Below, piece by piece: positions 59,194 through 64,000 of a DNA stretch of 64,000 bases. How positions within the stretch are numbered: the first letter of the stretch is position 1; each line of letters begins with the position of its first letter. The DNA comes from Emiliania huxleyi CCMP1516 (Eukaryota), in NCBI RefSeq assembly GCF_000372725.1, contig NW_005201287.1, positions 465,081-529,080 of the forward strand, in the 5' to 3' direction. The translations under genes were made by a program, and so were the position numbers. The notes under the pieces were generated by a model. That model saw only the letters and a program-made list of their open reading frames with translations, made no database searches and had not been told where the DNA came from.

Positions 59194-59661
59194 GCGAATC
59201 CTATGGGGAAATGATGCTGATTAGACGATGCTGCTTGGATAGAGCATTGCGGTGTGGCAGAGGGAGGGAGGGGGAGAGAGAGGTGCAGAGGCGGGGTGAG
59301 CGACGCCGACGTGGCGCAGTGGGTGCTGACGGCACGCTCAAGGTGCGTTGTTTGTGCGAGTCGAGCTGAAGGGGCTGTTGAGTCCGCGAGACCGCGAGGC
59401 GGTGGCGTGTCTGTCGCCTGTTTTTCAAAGGTGGGTGTCTGGCCGTGAGACGCTGGAGAAGGAGTGCGAGAGAGTCGCCGTTCTTTCAAAAAAAAATTGC
59501 CGGGTCGGCTGGCGAATAAACGAGCGAATCAGGGGGAACCGGAGCCCCGGGAGGGCGGGCGGGGGAACCCTGATACGGGATGCTGAGTGAGGACCTGTGT
59601 ACGTGCGTGGTGTACAGTGGCGTGTCTACTAGCTCCGAGTAGAGGGGGCGTTCTGAAGTTA

Positions 59662-59815
59662 AGGGGAAACCCGGTACACGGAGCCAACCCTCGGAGACCT
59701 GTGTTTACTTTACGGCCCTTTCCCTGCGAACGCGCACCCCCAGGGCTAGGGCTCTCTTGCCCGCAACCCGATGCCAATCATCCGGCCCGCTGGGTGCGCT
59801 TCTGAGCTCCCCGGC
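59662..59815 (-). repeat. Repeat family B, copy 3
   Basis: Reverse complement of 7685-7839. Confidence 0.88.
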
Positions 59816-60812
59816 CTCCCGCCGAGACCGGCTCGGCGCGGCGCGTGGCCGCACGCCGCCGTTGAAAAGGCGATAGGAGAGGGGAGAGCGCCGGCCACAT
59901 CCGGATCAAGCGAGCGCTGACGTGTAAGGTGTCTGCGCTGCTCCGGTGTGTGTGGGATTCTGCCTCCCCCCATCTGGGCGGCGAGGTGTTCGCGGTGCGA
60001 TGCCCGATCGTGCGCGATAGTCTCCCATTGTGCGTGGTGTGTCGGTGTGTCGGTCGTCCGGAGTGTGGCGGCGCCGTTGCATGCAGCGACAATACTGTAA
60101 GAATACTCCACGTGCCACGACTGCTTTGACTGACGTGACTCTGACTGACTGATGAGTGCTGATGGATGATCTCCGACAACCCAAAACCCCAAAATGCAAA
60201 TGCGGAGTGGCCCCACTTTGGCGTGCAGATCCTGCGTCTCTCACTGCCCGAACAAAAGAGCACAGAGGCGGGTACCGCCGACGCAGGTCCCACACTAGCG
60301 CGGCCTCCGACGGTCTGCACGTGATCGAGGTACAGAAACGGTGGTGCCGCAGCTCACACCCTAATCTATCTGCCTTAGGCACGGGGAGCCAACGGAGCCA
60401 TCGCGCATGCCCGCATCGCGTGCGGCTCCCTATAGGCGGCTCCGAGGTCTCCCGCCGAGACCGGCTCGGCGCGGCGCCGTTGAAAAGGCGATAGGAGAGG
60501 GGAGAGCGCCGGCCACATCAAGCGAGCGCTGACGTGTAAGGTGTCTGCGCTGCTCCGGTGTGTGTGGGATTCTGCCCCCCCCCCCCTCTGTGCGGCGAGG
60601 TGTTTGCGGTGCGATGCCCTTTCTCGTGCGCGATCGCCTCCCTTTCTGTGGTGTGTCGGTCGTCCGGAGCGTGTGTGTGGCGCTAGCGTGTGGCCGACAA
60701 ACCAAAACCAAAATGCAAATGCGGAGTCCACTTGGCCCCACTTTGGCGTGCAGATCCTGCGTCTCTCACAGGTCTCTCACTGCCCGAACAACAGAGGCGG
60801 GTACCGCCGCAG
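59815..60812 (+). repeat. Diverged tandem duplication (59815-60280 and 60449-60812), non-coding
   Basis: Shared blocks from ctcccgccgagaccggctcggcgcggcgc to cagaggcgggtaccgccg. Confidence 0.88.
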
Positions 60813-61251
60813 GTCGCCATAGCAAATAAGAGGGCTCCCGCGGCGATCAACACCGCAACTCCTTTTCTAAATCTAGCTGAGGGGCTCGCTAAACGCTCGC
60901 CGAGCTCCATGCTGTGCAACACCACCTCCTCACTAATCGTCAGGGGCGGAGAGCGCAGTGCACTGCGGTGAGGCTGCGCAGCGGGGGCTCGCCCCCTGCA
61001 CCGCGCTCAGCGGCACAGGGGAGGGCGGTCGGTGGCGGCGGCGGCGAGGCGCGAGGCGGTGGCGGCGGTGGTGCGGGCGGCGGGATGACAGGGGAGGCGG
61101 CGGGATTGACAGGGGAGGCGGCGGCCACGAGCGGAGCGGCGCAAGAAGGGGGGGGGGGCGGCGGCGAGGCGCCGGTGAGCGAGGCGCCCGCGCCATCAGA
61201 GGGACGCGCCGCTGCGAGATGGAGGGCGGCGGTGACGGAGGCGAGGCGCGA

Positions 61252-61289
<38 letters not shown>

Positions 61290-61873
61290 ACGGCGGCACC
61301 GAGTCTCGGTGAGCGGCGGCGGGAGGAGGAGCAGCGGCGGCGCTCGCTCGCTGTTGACGGGAGCGCTTTTGAGCCTGGGAGCCCATGCCACTGCGACCGG
61401 CGTGCCCGGGACGGAGATCGCGCGCGCGCCGCCACTCACGACGCGCGCGCGATCTTCGCGGAGTCGGGAGTCCCCAGAGGGAAGCGGTCTTCTCGGCCGA
61501 CGTCCAGCGGCGCGCAACCCAAGGAAGCGTGCGCAGCGGAGGCGGCCTAGCACCGGCTCGGCGCCGGGCGGTTGCGCTGCCCGCGAGCCGCGTCCTGAGC
61601 CTCGGCAGCGCGCTGCGCGGCGCGGCGCTCGCGCCGCTTCGGTGCCGAGAGCGGCATGATGGTTCGCCAGCCGAAGCTCGAGACTCCTCGGGTCGAGCAC
61701 AATTGCGTTACATGGGCATGGCCGGGGTTTCTGCACCGAACGATCTTACTTTCGGTCTATCGAAAGTGTTGCTATAAAATTCTCTTTCCCTTCTGCGCGG
61801 CGCGTTTCCGTTCTCGCAGCTTTGCGGTCCGGCACCGCTTGCCGTCCAGCTCGCTCGGCCCGCTCGTGCCGCC

Positions 61874-64000
61874 ATGCCCTTCGCGCCAATCTCGCTCGAC
61901 GAGATGAACAAGGAGGTGCTCGCGTGGGACATCTACCAGATGCTCGCCGGTGGGCCGCTCTACGATGTCAAAAAGGTCCCGGTCCGCTTCACCTCCATAG
62001 ACCAGTACCTCGACATCTTTGAGCCGCTGCTGCTCGAGGAGTGCCGCGCCCAGATCCTGCGCTCGATGGGCGAGTCGGAGCCGGCGCCGCACCACCTCAA
62101 GCTCCTCTCAATCGAGCAGAACGAGCCCTTCCGCCTGATGCGCTTCCAGCCGCCGCCGCCGCCCGAGGGAGGCAAGCCGCACTTCTTCGAGACGGACATC
62201 GTGCTCGTCTCGTACGAGCCGCTCGACATGGACGCGGCCGCCAAGCGCGGCGACGGCGAGGACGAGGACGAGCCCTCCACCGGCGGCGACTTTCACGCGC
62301 TCGGGCTGGTCGCGTCGGGCGGCGGCTCAGAGCATCTGTCGATCAAGCTGCACCTTCCGTCGCAGCGGACGGCGCGGATGCCGCAGGCGCAGTTCAAGCG
62401 GCTCTCGATGCTGCACCGCGTGATGGTCCCCTCCTCGGGCCACTGGTGCGTCCGAGAGGCCGTGCAGCGTGCTGCTGGCGAGGGGAGGCGCGTGGTGACG
62501 GCGCCTCCTCGTCGCTCAGGTACGTGCAGAAGCTGGGCAACATGGTGACGATCAACCGCGAGTTCCAGGCGCTCTCCTCGATGCGAGACCAATCAACTCG
62601 CCAATGATCGATTCATCACTTCCTCCCCCGGGCGCTGTACTCGATGCGGGACTAATCAGCGAATTCGTTCATTCCTCACTCCCCCAGGCGCTGTACTCGA
62701 TGCGAGACCTGCCGCTGTGCGAGGCTCTGCTGGGTAGATGCGGAACTACGTGTGTGTTCACGCTCGAGCGCTCGAGAGGACACGCCTTCGGCTGTACTCA
62801 GCTCTGCTCAGCCGCATGCACTTTATCCGCAGCCCTTGCATCCACGCGCTGCCCTCAGAGCACACCGCTCGCACACCGCTCGACTCTGCCGCTCCTGGCG
62901 CAGGCGCTGCTGGCGCCTGGCCCGTCGCGGCTTCCCGCCTCCGCGACTCTCAAGCCGTCGGAGCGCCCGCTGCGCGCCGTCGAGACGGCAGCGAGCTACG
63001 TTTGACTAGCGCGCAGTCCTTGGTGTGGTCCATAGGAAGCCTTGCTGCGCGCAATCGAGACGCGATTCGACAAGTCGCAGCTGCAAGCGATCCGCCTCTC
63101 CCTCACCGGCCGAGGAGCGAGATGAGCCGAGATGAGCCGAGATCAGCCGAGATCAGCCGAGATCAGCCGAGATCAGCCGAGATGAGGTCCGCCCCTCCCT
63201 CACCGGCCGACGAGCGGCGCTCGTGTGGTTGGCCAGCTTCACAGCTGTCTCTGTCTGGACTGGCAGCCCCTGTATGACCTCTCTCTCTCTCTCGCTGCAG
63301 GCGTGACGCTCATCCAGGGCCCTCCTGGCACCGGCAAGACTAAGACCATCCTCGGCGCTCCCTCTCCCGCCCTCCTCGCGAGAGGCGCCCTCCTTGCCCC
63401 GAATGAGAGACTGGCTCCCACACACCCCCTCCAGGAATCCTCTCTGTCCTCCTCGCGACGAGGGACGCGCGCGCGCGGCAGGAGGAGGGCGCCGCCGCGC
63501 CGCCGCCCTCCGCCATCGCCCCCCTCTCCCCCGACGACCCGCACACCCGCCCGCCGCCCCCCTCGGTCGCCTCCCTCCTCGCCGCCGCGTCGCCATGGCT
63601 CCGCTCCAGCAGCTACGCGGGCATCGACGCGCCCGGCGTCAGACGCGCGGCCGCGCCGCCCGCCGCCCCCTCCTCCGCCGCCCCCTCCTCCTCCGCCGCC
63701 CCCTCCGCCGCCGCCCCCTCCTCCGCCGCCCCGGCCGCCCTGTCGCGTGGCGTCTTCCCGCACGCCGCCGAGACAGACCGCCACCTGTCTCTCGGCCGCG
63801 CCACGGTAGAGGCCCCTCCGAGGCACGTGCTAGTGTGCGCCCCCTCCAACGCCGCCATCGACGAGATCGTCGCCCGCATCCTCGGCCGCGACGGAGGCGG
63901 AGGGGGAGGGGGCGGCGGCATGCTCGACGGCGCGGGGCACCCGTGGGTGCCGGACTGTGGTGCGGGTGTGCGGCCTGGGGTGGCGGAGGGACTGACTCAC
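61874..64000 (+). CDS. SEN1: SEN1/senataxin-like (UPF1-like SF1) helicase, multi-exon, runs off the window
   Basis: VPVRFTSIDQYLDIFEPLLLEECRAQI, TINREFQAL, LIQGPPGTGKTKTILG and VLVCAPSNAAIDEIVARI. Confidence 0.88.

Noticed and set aside
60910..61312. Gly/Ala-rich ORF
   Set aside because: Low complexity with no assignable product

Overview
Very GC-rich eukaryotic genomic DNA with one assembly gap (55369-55552). Genes are split by short, mostly GC-AG introns filled with 10-12 bp tandem repeats, which suggests a haptophyte of the Emiliania/Gephyrocapsa type (inference, not verified). Recognisable genes: patatin/SDP1-like lipase, a Cys-rich secreted protein, an ankyrin protein, an F-box-like repeat protein, gp210/NUP210, F-box+RCC1, Ric-8, a multidomain MBD-like/AP2-like/CXXC/JmjC chromatin protein, bacterial-type D-serine dehydratase DsdA, an F-BAR-like protein, FSH1/OVCA2, a DGQHR protein, a HET-like+LRR protein, ankyrin + DEDDy exonuclease, a GT29 sialyltransferase-like protein and a SEN1-like helicase. 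Intergenic DNA is a mosaic of small mobile elements. Three have terminal inverted repeats (TIRs) and 8-bp target-site duplications (TSDs), as in hAT elements, and one of these (2.6 kb) carries an intact PAS/LOV-like gene. There are also MITEs, a CRE-like LINE fragment and several dispersed repeat families. The two strongest signals are (i) many introns whose ends are direct copies of the flanking exon junction, consistent with intron birth by tandem duplication at AG|GC, and (ii) the cargo-carrying hAT-type element. Exon boundaries were read by eye and are approximate; no database searches were run.
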